A stretch of 64,000 nt of DNA from Lingula anatina (GCA_051362555.1 CM120644.1:9866954-9930953), one strand, 5' to 3'; shown: positions 40,976 through 53,993, numbered from the stretch's first letter. Notes: a model not told the origin generated them from the letters alone. Made by a program: numbers and translations.

Positions 40976-41074
40976 AAAAAGAATCCACCACTCGTCCTCT
41001 TAGGATTCGAACCCGTGTACAATTACACCATTGTGTCTAAATCACCGCAGTTACCACGGAGCCACGGAACCTTC
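40976..41074 (-). ncRNA. 99-nt Pol III type-2 small RNA gene, vault-RNA-like (first of 21 complete copies)
   Basis: Consensus GAAGGTTCCG-TGGCTCCGTGG(A-box)-TAACTGCGGTGATTTAGACACAATGGTGTACTTGTACACG-GGTTCGAATCC(B-box)-TAAGAGGACGAGTGGTGGATTC-TTTTT; the 5' and 3' ends pair. Other copies start (low coordinate, 99 nt each) at 42016, 43059, 44299, 45538, 46780, 47803, 49044, 50167, 51234, 52283, 53322, 54370, 55403, 56444, 57510, 58550, 59597, 60633, 61685 and 62748. Confidence 0.6.
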
Positions 41075-41647
41075 GTTATCAACGTATGATCAAATGGTGA
41101 CTTTCTACCGTGTCACACAGAGTGTCAGTCTGGCTGGACATGTGAACATCTGCAATTGCAAACGAAAGCCCGAGTGCCGTTCGTATTGTATATTTCAGCG
41201 CAACCAACGCCAGACCCCGAACATAGTTCCTGACGTACACGAGGCCCAGATTAAGAAACCAACACGGAGCTTTGCTAGGCAAATTACTTCTTATTACTTG
41301 GAATTTGTTGCATGTTGAGATTTAGTTTGCCTTCAACTATGACGCTAAACAGTACCATGGGACGGTTCAAGTATTCGCGTCACCATTAAATGAGGGAATC
41401 GCTGAAAAATGTTTTCAATTTCTCTATGCTGGTGTGCTTTCCATCCAAGCAATTGCGGCGATGCGACTTTTGAGAAAAACATATTTGGAAAATAATTCCT
41501 CCAAGAAGATTCCATTTTTTAAGCTGAACGTGGTTTAAAGGTGGCAGGAAGCGGTGCTTTACTGGGAAAGTTAACGAATCAATTCAAGTTTGGTCACTTT
41601 GATTGATAAGCCTGCCCAAAACGTTTCCAGTTAGACAATTTCAGATG

Positions 41648-41681
<34 letters not shown>

Positions 41682-44600
41682 TTGTTGTTTTCCACCTAGT
41701 TTACGTTTGACTTCACCTCTAACGTTCTAGGGCACGGTGAGAGCCAAAGCGGTTCAAGCCTTGGCGGTTTTAGATTTGAGTAGTCTTTACCATTTCAAAG
41801 GGCGGCTGTTGCCCTGGGCTCTACATGACCACATGAACAGTCTTGATAAGCAGGACCCAAGAGGTACGGCATAAAATACAAAAATTGTGATAAGGTAAAC
41901 CAATCGCGGCGACGAAATGAATAAAGAATTTCCGATATTTAATGCAAAACACTCCGTACGTACGAGTTTCCTCTTATAGTGAACAAGCGCAATTTTCCAA
42001 AAATTACTTTTAGGTAAAAAGAATCCACCACTCGTCCTCTTAGGATTCGAACCCGTGTACAAGTACACCATTGTGTCTAAATCACCGCAGTTACCACGGA
42101 GCCACGGAACCTTCGTTATCAACGTATGATCAAATGGTGACTTTCTACCGTGTCACACAGAGTGTCAGTCTGGCTGGACATGTGAACATCTGCAATTGCA
42201 AACGAAAGCCCGAGTGCCGTTCGTATTGTATATTTCAGCGCAACCAACGCCAGACCCCGAACATAGGCTTAACGTCAACGTAGAAGTTCCTGACGTACAC
42301 GAGGCCCAGATTAAGAAACCAACACGGAGCTTTGCTAGGCAAATTGCTTCTTATTACTTGGAATTTGTTGCATGTTGAGATTTAGTTTGCCTTCAACTAT
42401 GACGCTAAACAGTACCATGGGACGGTTCAAGTATTCGCGTCACCATTAAATGAGGGAATCGCTGAAAAATGTTTTCAATTTCTCTATGCTGGTGTGCTTT
42501 CCATCCAAGCAATTGCTGCGATGCGACTTTTGAGAAAAACATATTTGGAAAATAATTCCTCCAAGAAGATTCCATTTTTTAAGCTGAACGTGGTTTAAAG
42601 GTGGCAGGAAGCGGTGCTTTACTGGGAAAGTTAACGAATCAATTCAAGTTTGGTCACTTTGATTGATAAGCCTGCCCAAAACGTTTCCAGTTAGACAATT
42701 TCAGATGCTTTTTTTTTTTTTTTTTTTTTTTTTTCCACCTAGTTTACGTTTGACTTCACCTCTAACGTTCTAGGGCACGGTGAGAGCCAAAGCGGTTCAA
42801 GCCTTGGCGGTTTTAGATTTGAGTAGTCTTTACCATTTCAAAGGGCGGCTGTTGCCCTGGGCTCTACATGACCACATGAACAGTCTTGATAAGCAGGACC
42901 CAAGAGGTACGGCATAAAATACAAAAATTGTGATAAGGTAAACCAATCGCGGCGACGAAATGAATAAAGAATTTCCGATATTTAATGCAAAACACTCCGT
43001 ACGTACGAGTTTCCTCTTATAGTGAACAAGCGCAATTTTCCAAAAATTACTTTTAGGTAAAAAGAATCCACCACTCGTCCTCTTAGGATTCGAACCCGTG
43101 TACAAGTACACCATTGTGTCTAAATCACCGCAGTTACCACGGAGCCACGGAACCTTCGTTATCAACGTATGATCAAATGGTGACTTTCTACCGTGTCACA
43201 CAGAGTGTCAGTCTGGCTGGACATGTGAACATCTGCAATTGCAAACGAAAGCCCGAGTGCCGTTCGTATTGTATATTTCAGCGCAACCAACGCCAGACCC
43301 CGAACATAGGCTTAACGTCAACGTAGAAGTTCCTGACGTACACGAGGCCCAGATTAAGAAACCAACACGGAGCTTTGCTAGGCAAATTACTTCTTATTAC
43401 TTGGAATTTGTTGCATGTTGAGATTTAGTTTGCCTTCAACTATGACGCTAAACAGTACCATGGGACGGTTCAAGTATTCGCGTCACCATTAAATGAGGGA
43501 ATCGCTGAAAAATGTTTTCAATTTCTCTATGCTGGTGTGCTTTCCATCCAAGCAATTGCGGCGATGCGACTTTTGAGAAAAACATATTTGGAAAATAATT
43601 CCGCCAAGAAGATTCCATTTTTTAAGCTGAACGTGGTTTAAAGGTGGCAGGAAGCGGTGCTTTACTGGGAAAGTTAACGAATCAATTCAAGTTTGGTCAC
43701 TTTGATTGATAAGCCTGCCTAAAACGTTTCCAGTTAGACGATTTCAGATGCTTTTTTTTTTTTTTTTCGTTTTCCACCTAGTTTACGTTTGACTTCACCT
43801 GTGACGTTCTAGGGTACGGTGAGAGCAAAAGCGGTTCACGCCTTGGTGGTTTTAGATTTGAGTAGTCTTTGCCATTTCAAAGGGCGGCTGTTGCCCTGGG
43901 CTCTACATGACCACATGAACAGTCTTGATAAGCAGGACCCAAGAGGTACGGCATAAAATACAAAAATTGTGATAAGGTAAACCAATCGCGGCGACTAAAT
44001 GAATAAAGAATTTCCGATATTTAATGCAAAAGGTAAATTTGCCGGGACTTTCGAGAGGCTGCACTCGTTTTCCCTGACTGGCCGTTTCTCTGGCCAGCTG
44101 GTTGTTGTGTTGAAGTGACATGTCTCATCCGGGACTCGAACTCGTAACCTTGCGTTACCATGGTTGGTGATTGCTTTGCATGTTTTTTTACATCCTTGCA
44201 CGCTACCGATTGCGCCGTGAGAGACCCGCCCACCCTCCGTACGTACGAGTTTCCTCTTATAGTGAACAAGCGCAATTTTCCAAAAATTACTTTTAGGTAA
44301 AAAGAATCCACTACTCGTCCTCTGAGGATTCGAACCCGTGTACAAGTACACCATTGTGTCTAAATCACCGCAGTTACCACGGAGCCACGGAACCTTCGTT
44401 ATCAACGTATGATCAAATGGTGACTTTCTACCGTGTCACACAGAGTGTCAGTCTGGCTGGACATGTGAACATCTGCAATTGCAAACGAAAGCCCGAGTGC
44501 CGTTCGTATTGTATATTTCAGCGCAACCAACGCCAGACCCCGAACATAGGCTTAACGTCAACGTAGAAGTTCCTGACGTACACGAGGCCCAGATTAAGAA

Positions 44601-47600
44601 ACCAACACGGAGCTTTGCTAGGCAAATTACTTCTTATTACTTGGAATTTGTTGCATGTTGAGATTTAGTTTGCCTTCAACTATGACGCTAAACAGTACCA
44701 TGGGACGGTTCAAGTATTCGCGTCACCATTAAATGAGGGAATCGCTGAAAAATGTTTTCAATTTCTCTATGCTGGTGTGCTTTCCATCCAAGCAATTGCG
44801 GCGATGCGACTTTTGAGAAAAACATATTTGGAAAATAATTCCGCCAAGAAGATTCCATTTTTTAAGCTGAACGTGGTTTAAAGGTGGCAGGAAGCGGTGC
44901 TTTACTGGGAAAGTTAACGAATCAATTCAAGTTTGGTCACTTTGATTGATAAGCCTGCCTAAAACGTTTCCAGTTAGACGATTTCAGATGCTTTTTTTTT
45001 TTTTTTCGTTTTCCACCTAGTTTACGTTTGACTTCACCTGTGACGTTCTAGGGTACGGTGAGAGCAAAAGCGGTTCACGCCTTGGTGGTTTTAGATTTGA
45101 GTAGTCTTTGCCATTTCAAAGGGCGGCTGTTGCCCTGGGCTCTACATGACCACATGAACAGTCTTGATAAGCAGGACCCAAGAGGTACGGCATAAAATAC
45201 AAAAATTGTGATAAGGTAAACCAATCGCGGCGACTAAATGAATAAAGAATTTCCGATATTTAATGCAAAAGGTAAATTTGCCGGGACTTTCGAGAGGCTG
45301 CACTCGTTTTCCCTGACTGGCCGTTTCTCTGGCCAGCTGGTTGTTGTGTTGAAGTGACATGTCTCATCCGGGACTCGAACTCGTAACCTTGCGTTACCAT
45401 GGTTGGTGATTGCTTTGCATGTTTTTTTACATCCTTGCACGCTACCGATTGCGCCGTGAGAGACCCGCCCACCCTCCGTACGTACGAGTTTCCTCTTATA
45501 GTGAACAAGCGCAATTTTCCAAAAATTACTTTTAGGTAAAAAGAATCCACCACTCGTCCTCTGAGGATTCGAACCCGTGTACAAGTACACCATTGTGTCT
45601 AAATCACCGCAGTTACCACGGAGCCACGGAACCTTCGTTATCAACGTATGATCAAATGGTGACTTTCTACCGTGTCACACAGAGTGTCAGTCTGGCTGGA
45701 CATGTGAACATCTGCAATTGCAAACGAAAGCCCGAGTGCCGTTCGTATTGTATATTTCAGCGCAACCAACGCCAGACCCCGAACATAGGCTTAACGTCAA
45801 CGTAGAAGTTCCTGACGTACACGAGGCCCAGATTAAGAAACCAACACGGAGCTTTGCTAGGCAAATTACTTCTTATTACTTGGAATTTGTTGCATGTTGA
45901 GATTTAGTTTGCCTTCAACTATGACGCTAAACAGTACCATGGGACGGTTCAAGTATTCGCGTCACCATTAAATGAGGGAATCGCTGAAAAATGTTTTCAA
46001 TTTCTCTATGCTGGTGTGCTTTCCATCCAAGCAATTGCGGCGATGCGACTTTTGAGAAAAACATATTTGGAAAATAATTCCGCCAAGAAGATTCCATTTT
46101 TTAAGCTGAACGTGGTTTAAAGGTGGCAGGAAGCGGTGCTTTACTGGGAAAGTTAACGAATCAATTCAAGTTTGGTCACTTTGATTGATAAGCCTGCCTA
46201 AAACGTTTCCAGTTAGACGATTTCAGATGCTTTTTTTTTTTTTTTTTTCGTTTTCCACCTAGTTTACGTTTGACTTCACCTGTGACGTTCTAGGGTACGG
46301 TGAGAGCAAAAGCGGTTCACGCCTTGGTGGTTTTAGATTTGAGTAGTCTTTGCCATTTCAAAGGGCGGCTGTTGCCCTGGGCTCTACATGACCACATGAA
46401 CAGTCTTGATAAGCAGGACCCAAGAGGTACGGCATAAAATACAAAAATTGTGATAAGGTAAACCAATCGCGGCGACTAAATGAATAAAGAATTTCCGATA
46501 TTTAATGCAAAAGGTAAATTTGCCGGGACTTTCGAGAGGCTTCACTCGTTTTCCCTGACTGGCCGTTTCTCTGGCCAGCTGGTTGTTGTGTTGAAGTGAC
46601 ATGTCTCATCCGGGACTCGAACTCGTGACCTTGCGTTACCATGGTTGGTGATTGCTTTGCATGTTTTTTTACATCCTTGCACGCTACCGATTGCGCCGTG
46701 AGAGACCCGCCCACCCTCCGCACGTACGAGTTTCCTCTTATAGTGAACAAGCGCAATTTTCCAAAAATTACTTTTAGGTAAAAAGAATCCACCACTCGTC
46801 CTCTTAGGATTCGAACCCGTGTACAAGTACACCATTGTGTCTAAATCACCGCAGTTACCACGGAGCCACGGAACCTTCGTTATCAACGTATGATCAAATG
46901 GTGACTTTCTACCGTGTCACACAGAGTGTCAGTCTGGCTGGACATGTGAACATCTGCAATTGCAAACGAAAGCCCGAGTGCCGTTCGTATTGTATATTTC
47001 AGCGCAACCAACGCCAGACCCCGAACATAGTTCCTGACGTACACGAGGCCCAGATTAAGAAACCAACACGGAGCTTTGCTAGGCAAATTACTTCTTATTA
47101 CTTGGAATTTGTTGCATGTTGAGATTTAGTTTGCCTTCAACTATGACGCTAAACAGTACCATGGGACGGTTCAAGTATTCGCGTCACCATTAAATGAGGG
47201 AATCGCTGAAAAATGTTTTCAATTTCTCTATGCTGGTGTGCTTTCCATCCAAGCAATTGCGGCGATGCGACTTTTGAGAAAAACATATTTGGAAAATAAT
47301 TCCTCAAAGAAGATTCCATTTTTTAAGCTGAACGTGGTTTAAAGGTGGCAGGAAGCGGTGCTTTACTGGGAAAGTTAACGAATCAATTCAAGTTTGGTCA
47401 CTTTGATTGATAAGCCTGCCCAAAACGTTTCCAGTTAGACAATTTCAGATGCTTTTTTTTTTTTTTTTTTGTTGTTTTCCACCTAGTTTACGTTTGACTT
47501 CACCTCTAACGTTCTAGGGCACGGTGAGAGCCAAAGCGGTTCAAGCCTTGGCGGTTTTAGATTTGAGTAGTCTTTACCATTTCAAAGGGCGGCTGTTGCC

Positions 47601-50600
47601 CTGGGCTCTACATGACGACATGAACAGTCTTGATAAGCAGGACCCAAGAGGTACGGCATAAAATACAAAAATTGTGATAAGGTAAACCAATCGCGGCGAC
47701 GAAATGAATAAAGAATTTCCGATATTTAATGCAAAACACTCCGTACGTACGAGTTTCCTCTTATAGTGAACAAGCGCAATTTTCCAAAAATTACTTTTAG
47801 GTAAAAAGAATCCACCACCCGTCCTCTTAGGATTCGAACCCGTGTACAAGTACACCATTGTGTCTAAATCACCGCAGTTACCACGGAGCCACGGAACCTT
47901 CGTTATCAACGTATGATCAAATGGTGACATTCTACCGTGTCACACAGAGTGTCAGTCTGGCTGGACATGTGAACATCTGCAATTGCAAACGAAAGCCCGA
48001 GTGCCGTGCGTATTGTATATTTCAGCGCAACCAACGCCAGACCCCGAACATAGGCTTAACGTCAACGTAGAAGTTCCTGACGTACACGAGGCCCAGATTA
48101 AGAAACCAACACGGAGCTTTGCTAGGCAAATTACTTCTTATTACTTGGAATTTGTTGCATGTTGAGATTTAGTTTGCCTTCAACTATGACGCTAAACAGT
48201 ACCATGGGACGGTTCAAGTATTCGCGTCACCATTAAATGAGGGAATCGCTGAAAAATGTTTTCAATTTCTCTATGCTGGTGTGCTTTCCATCCAAGCAAT
48301 TGCGGCGATGCGACTTTTGAGAAAAACATATTTGGAAAATAATTCCGCCAAGAAGATTCCATTTTTTAAGCTGAACGTGGTTTAAAGGTGGCAGGAAGCG
48401 GTGCTTTACTGGGAAAGTTAACGAATCAATTCAAGTTTGGTCACTTTGATTGATAAGCCTGCCTAAAACGTTTCCAGTTAGACGATTTCAGATGCTTTTT
48501 TTTTTTTTTTTTCGTTTTCCACCTAGTTTACGTTTGACTTCACCTGTGACGTTCTAGGGTACGGTGAGAGCAAAAGCGGTTCACGCCTTGGTGGTTTTAG
48601 ATTTGAGTAGTCTTTGCCATTTCAAAGGGCGGCTGTTGCCCTGGGCTCTACATGACCACATGAACAGTCTTGATAAGCAGGACCCAAGAGGTACGGCATA
48701 AAATACAAAAATTGTGATAAGGTAAACCAATCGCGGCGACTAAATGAATAAAGAATTTCCGATATTTAATGCAAAAGGTAAATTTGCCGGGACTTTCGAG
48801 AGGCTGCACTCGTTTTCCCTGACTGGCCGTTTCTCTGGCCAGCTGGTTGTTGTGTTGAAGTGACATGTCTCATCCGGGACTCGAACTCGTGACCTTGCGT
48901 TACCATGGTTGGTGATTGCTTTGCATGTTTTTTTACATCCTTGCACGCTACCGATTGCGCCGTGAGAGACCCGCCCACCCTCCGTACGTACGAGTTTCCT
49001 CTTATAGTGAACAAGCGCAATTTTCCAAAAATTACTTTTAGGTAAAAAGAATCCACCACTCGTCCTCTGAGGATTCGAACCCGTGTACAAGTACACCATT
49101 GTGTCTAAATCACCGCAGTTACCACGGAGCCACGGAACCTTCGTTATCAACGTATGATCAAATGGTGACTTTCTACCGTGTCACACAGAGTGTCAGTCTG
49201 GCTGGACATGTGAACATCTGCAATTGCAAACGAAAGCCCGAGTGCCGTTCGTATTGTATATTTCAGCGCAACCAACGCCAGACCCCGAACATAGGCTTAA
49301 CGTCAACGTAGAAGTTCCTGACGTACACGAGGCCCAGATTAAGAAACCAACACGGAGCTTTGCTAGGCAAATTACTTCTTATTACTTGGAATTTGTTGCA
49401 TGTTGAGATTTAGTTTGCCTTCAACTATGACGCTAAACAGTACCATGGGACGGTTCAAGTATTCGCGTCACCATTAAATGAGGGAATCGCTGAAAAATGT
49501 TTTCAATTTCTCTATGCTGGTGTGCTTTCCATCCAAGCAATTGCGGCGATGCGACTTTTGAGAAAAACATATTTGGAAAATAATTCCGCCAAGAAGATTC
49601 CATTTTTTAAGCTGAACGTGGTTTAAAGGTGGCAGGAAGCGGTGCTTTACTGGGAAAGTTAACGAATCAATTCAAGTTTGGTCACTTTGATTGATAAGCC
49701 TGCCTAAAACGTTTCCAGTTAGACGATTTCAGATGCTTTTTTTTTCAAAGGGCGGCTGTTGCCCTGGGCTCTACATGACCACATGAACAGTCTTGATAAG
49801 CAGGACCCAAGAGGTACGGCATAAAATACAAAAATTGTGATAAGGTAAACCAATCGCGGCGACTAAATGAATAAAGAATTTCCGATATTTAATGCAAAAG
49901 GTAAATTTGCCGGGACTTTCGAGAGGCTGCACTCGTTTTCCCTGACTGGCCGTTTCTCTGGCCAGCTGGTTGTTGTGTTGAAGTGACATGTCTCATCCGG
50001 GACTCGAACTCGTGACCTTGCGTTACCATGGTTGGTGATTGCTTTGCATGTTTTTTTACATCCTTGCACGCTACCGATTGCGCCGTGAGAGACCCGCCCA
50101 CCCTCCGTACGTACGAGTTTCCTCTTATAGTGAACAAGCGCAATTTTCCAAAAATTACTTTTAGGTAAAAAGAATCCACCACTCGTCCTCTTAGGATTCG
50201 AACCCGTGTACAAGTACACCATTGTGTCTAAATCACCGCAGTTACCACGGAGCCACGGAACCTTCGTTATCAACGTATGATCAAATGGTGACTTTCTACC
50301 GTGTCACACAGAGTGTCAGTCTGGCTGGACATGTGAACATCTGCAATTGCAAACGAAAGCCCGAGTGCCGTTCGTATTGTATATTTCAGCGCAACCAACG
50401 CCAGACCCCGAACATAGGCTTAACGTCAACGTAGAAGTTCCTGACGTACACGAGGCCCAGATTAAGAAACCAACACGGAGCTTTGCTAGGCAAATTACTT
50501 CTTATTACTTGGAATTTGTTGCATGTTGAGATTTAGTTTGCCTTCAACTATGACGCTAAACAGTACCATGGGACGGTTCAAGTATTCGCGTCACCATTAA

Positions 50601-50858
50601 ATGAGGGAATCGCTGAAAAATGTTTTCAATTTCTCTATGCTGGTGTGCTTTCCATCCAAGCAATTGCGGCGATGCGACTTTTGAGAAAAACATATTTGGA
50701 AAATAATTCCTCCAAGAAGATTCCATTTTTTAAGCTGAACGTGGTTTAAAGGTGGCAGGAAGCGGTGCTTTACTGGGAAAGTTAACGAATCAATTCAAGT
50801 TTGGTCACTTTGATTGATAAGCCTGCCCAAAACGTTTCCAGTTAGACAATTTCAGATG

Positions 50859-50902
<44 letters not shown>

Positions 50903-51905
50903 TTGTTTTCCACCTAGTTTACGTTTGACTTCACCTCTAACGTTCTAGGGCACGGTGAGAGCCAAAGCGGTTCAAGCCTTGGCGGTTTTAGATTTGAGTA
51001 GTCTTTACCATTTCAAAGGGCGGCTGTTGCCCTGGGCTCTACATGACCACATGAACAGTCTTGATAAGCAGGACCCAAGAGGTACGGCATAAAATACAAA
51101 AATTGTGATAAGGTAAACCAATCGCGGCGACGAAATGAATAAAGAATTTCCGATATTTAATGCAAAACACTCCGTACGTACGAGTTTCCTCTTATAGTGA
51201 ACAAGCGCAATTTTCCAAAAATTACTTTTAGGTAAAAAGAATCCACCACTCGTCCTCTTAGGATTCGAACCCGTGTACAAGTACACCATTGTGTCTAAAT
51301 CACCGCAGTTACCACGGAGCCACGGAACCTTCGTTATCAACGTATGATCAAATGCTGACTTTCTACCGTGTCACACAGAGTGTCAGTCTGGCTGGACATG
51401 TGAACATCTGCAATTGCAAACGAAAGCCCGAGTGCCGTTCGTATTGTATATTTCAGCGCAACCAACGCCAGACCCCGAACATAGTTCCTGACGTACACGA
51501 GGCCCAGATTAAGAAACCAACACGGAGCTTTGCTAGGCAAATTACTTCTTATTACTTGGAATTTGTTGCATGTTGAGATTTAGTTTGCCTTCAACTATGA
51601 CGCTAAACAGTACCATGGGACGGTTCAAGTATTCGCGTCACCATTAAATGAGGGAATCGCTGAAAAATGTTTTCAATTTCTCTATGCTGGTGTGCTTTCC
51701 ATCCAAGCAATTGCGGCGATGCGACTTTTGAGAAAAACATATTTGGAAAATAATTCCTCCAAGAAGATTCCATTTTTTAAGCTGAACGTGGTTTAAAGGT
51801 GGCAGGAAGCGGTGCTTTACTGGGAAAGTTAACGAATCAATTCAAGTTTGGTCACTTTGATTGATAAGCCTGCCCAAAACGTTTCCAGTTAGACAATTTC
51901 AGATG

Positions 51906-51945
<40 letters not shown>

Positions 51946-53993
51946 TTGTTGTTGTTTTCCACCTAGTTTACGTTTGACTTCACCTCTAACGTTCTAGGGC
52001 ACGGTGAGAGCCAAAGCGGTTCAAGCCTTGGCGGTTTTAGATTTGAGTAGTCTTTACCATTTCAAAGGGCGGCTGTTGCCCTGGGCTCTACATGACCACA
52101 TGAACAGTCTTGATAAGCAGGACCCAAGAGGTACGGCATAAAATACAAAAATTGTGATAAGGTAAACCAATCGCGGCGACGAAATGAATAAAGAATTTCC
52201 GATATTTAATGCAAAACACACCGTACGTACGAGTTTCCTCTTATAGTGAACAAGCGCAATTTTCCAAAAATTACTTTTAGGTAAAAAGAATCCACCACTC
52301 GTCCTCTTAGGATTCGAACCCGTGTACAAGTACACCATTGTGTCTAAATCACCGCAGTTACCACGGAGCCACGGAACCTTCGTTATCAACGTATGATCAA
52401 ATGCTGACTTTCTACCGTGTCACACAGAGTGTCAGTCTGGCTGGACATGTGAACATCTGCAATTGCAAACGAAAGCCCGAGTGCCGTTCGTATTGTATAT
52501 TTCAGCGCAACCAACGCCAGACCCCGAACATAGGCTTAACGTCAACGTAGAAGTTCCTGACGTACACGAGGCCCAGATTAAGAAACCAACACGGAGCTTT
52601 GCTAGGCAAATTACTTCTTATTACTTGGAATTTGTTGCATGTTGAGATTTAGTTTGCCTTCAACTATGACGCTAAACAGTACCATGGGACGGTTCAAGTA
52701 TTCGCGTCACCATTAAATGAGGGAATCGCTGAAAAATGTTTTCAATTTCTCTATGCTGGTGTGCTTTCCATCCAAGCAATTGCGGCGATGCGACTTTTGA
52801 GAAAAACATATTTGGAAAATAATTTCGCCAAGAAGATTCCATTTTTTAAGCTGAACGTGGTTTAAAGGTGGCAGGAAGCGGTGCTTTACTGGGAAAGTTA
52901 ACGAATCAATTCAAGTTTGGTCACTTTGATTGATAAGCCTGCCCAAAACGTTTCCAGTTAGACAATTTCAGATGCTTTTTTTTTTTTTTTTTGTTTTCCA
53001 CCTAGTTTACGTTTGACTTCACCTCTAACGTTCTAGGGCACGGTGAGAGCCAAAGCGGTTCAAGCCTTGGCGGTTTTAGATTTGAGTAGTCTTTACCATT
53101 TCAAAGGGCGGCTGTTGCCCTGGGCTCTACATGACCACATGAACAGTCTTGATAAGCAGGACCCAAGAGGTACGGCATAAAATACAAAAATTGTGATAAG
53201 GTAAACCAATCGCGGCAACGAAATGAATAAAGAATTTCCGATATTTAATGCAAAACACTCCGTACGTACGAGTTTCCTCTTATAGTGAACAAGCGCAATT
53301 TTCCAAAAATTACTTTTAGGTAAAAAGAATCCACCACTCGTCCTCTTAGGATTCGAACCCGTGTACAAGTACACCATTGTGTCTAAATCACCGCAGTTAC
53401 CACGGAGCCACGGAACCTTCGTTATCAACGTATGATCAAATGGTGACTTTCTACCGTGTCACACAGAGTGTCAGTCTGGCTGGACATGTGAACATCTGCA
53501 ATTGCAAACGAAAGCCCGAGTGCCGTTCGTATTGTATATTTCAGCGCAACCAACGCCAGACCCCGAACATAGTTCCTGACGTACACGAGGCCCAGATTAA
53601 GAAACCAACACGGAGCTTTGCTAGGCAAATTACTTCTTATTACTTGGAATTTGTTGCATGTTGAGATTTAGTTTGCCTTCAACTATGACGCTAAACAGTA
53701 CCATGGGACGGTTCAAGTATTCGCGTCACCATTAAATGAGGGAATCGCTGAAAAATGTTTTCAATTTCTCTATGCTGGTGTGCTTTCCATCCAAGCAATT
53801 GCGGCGATGCGACTTTTGAGAAAAACATATTTGGAAAATAATTCCTCCAAGAAGATTCCATTTTTTAAGCTGAACGTGGTTTAAAGGTGGCAGGAAGCGG
53901 TGCTTTACTGGGAAAGTTAACGAATCAATTCAAGTTTGGTCACTTTGATTGATAAGCCTGCCCAAAACGTTTCCAGTTAGACAATTTCAGATG

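Noticed and set aside
41020-41065. ATCACCGCAGTTA resembles 5S rRNA (ATCACCGAAGTTA); CTTGGATGG on the other strand resembles the 5S C-box region
   Set aside because: The matches are short, on opposite strands and far apart, with no 120-nt 5S sequence or terminal helix.
40976-41074. Functional tRNA-Leu(TAG)
   Set aside because: A TAG triplet, a variable-arm-like hairpin and a T-loop are present, but the D, anticodon, T and acceptor stems cannot form canonically. tRNA ancestry remains possible.
41255-41345. AATTTGCCTAG (U7-type Sm site, minus strand) and TGCCTTCAACTATGA (U12-like 5' end, plus strand)
   Set aside because: U7 lacks the pyrimidine-rich histone-downstream-element pairing region and a strong 3' hairpin. 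U12 lacks the branch-point pairing GTAAGGA and the rest of the RNA.
44040-44056. GAAAGTCCC resembles RNase MRP conserved region I
   Set aside because: It is followed at once by the T4 terminator with no CR-V partner, and it is altered in the first copy.
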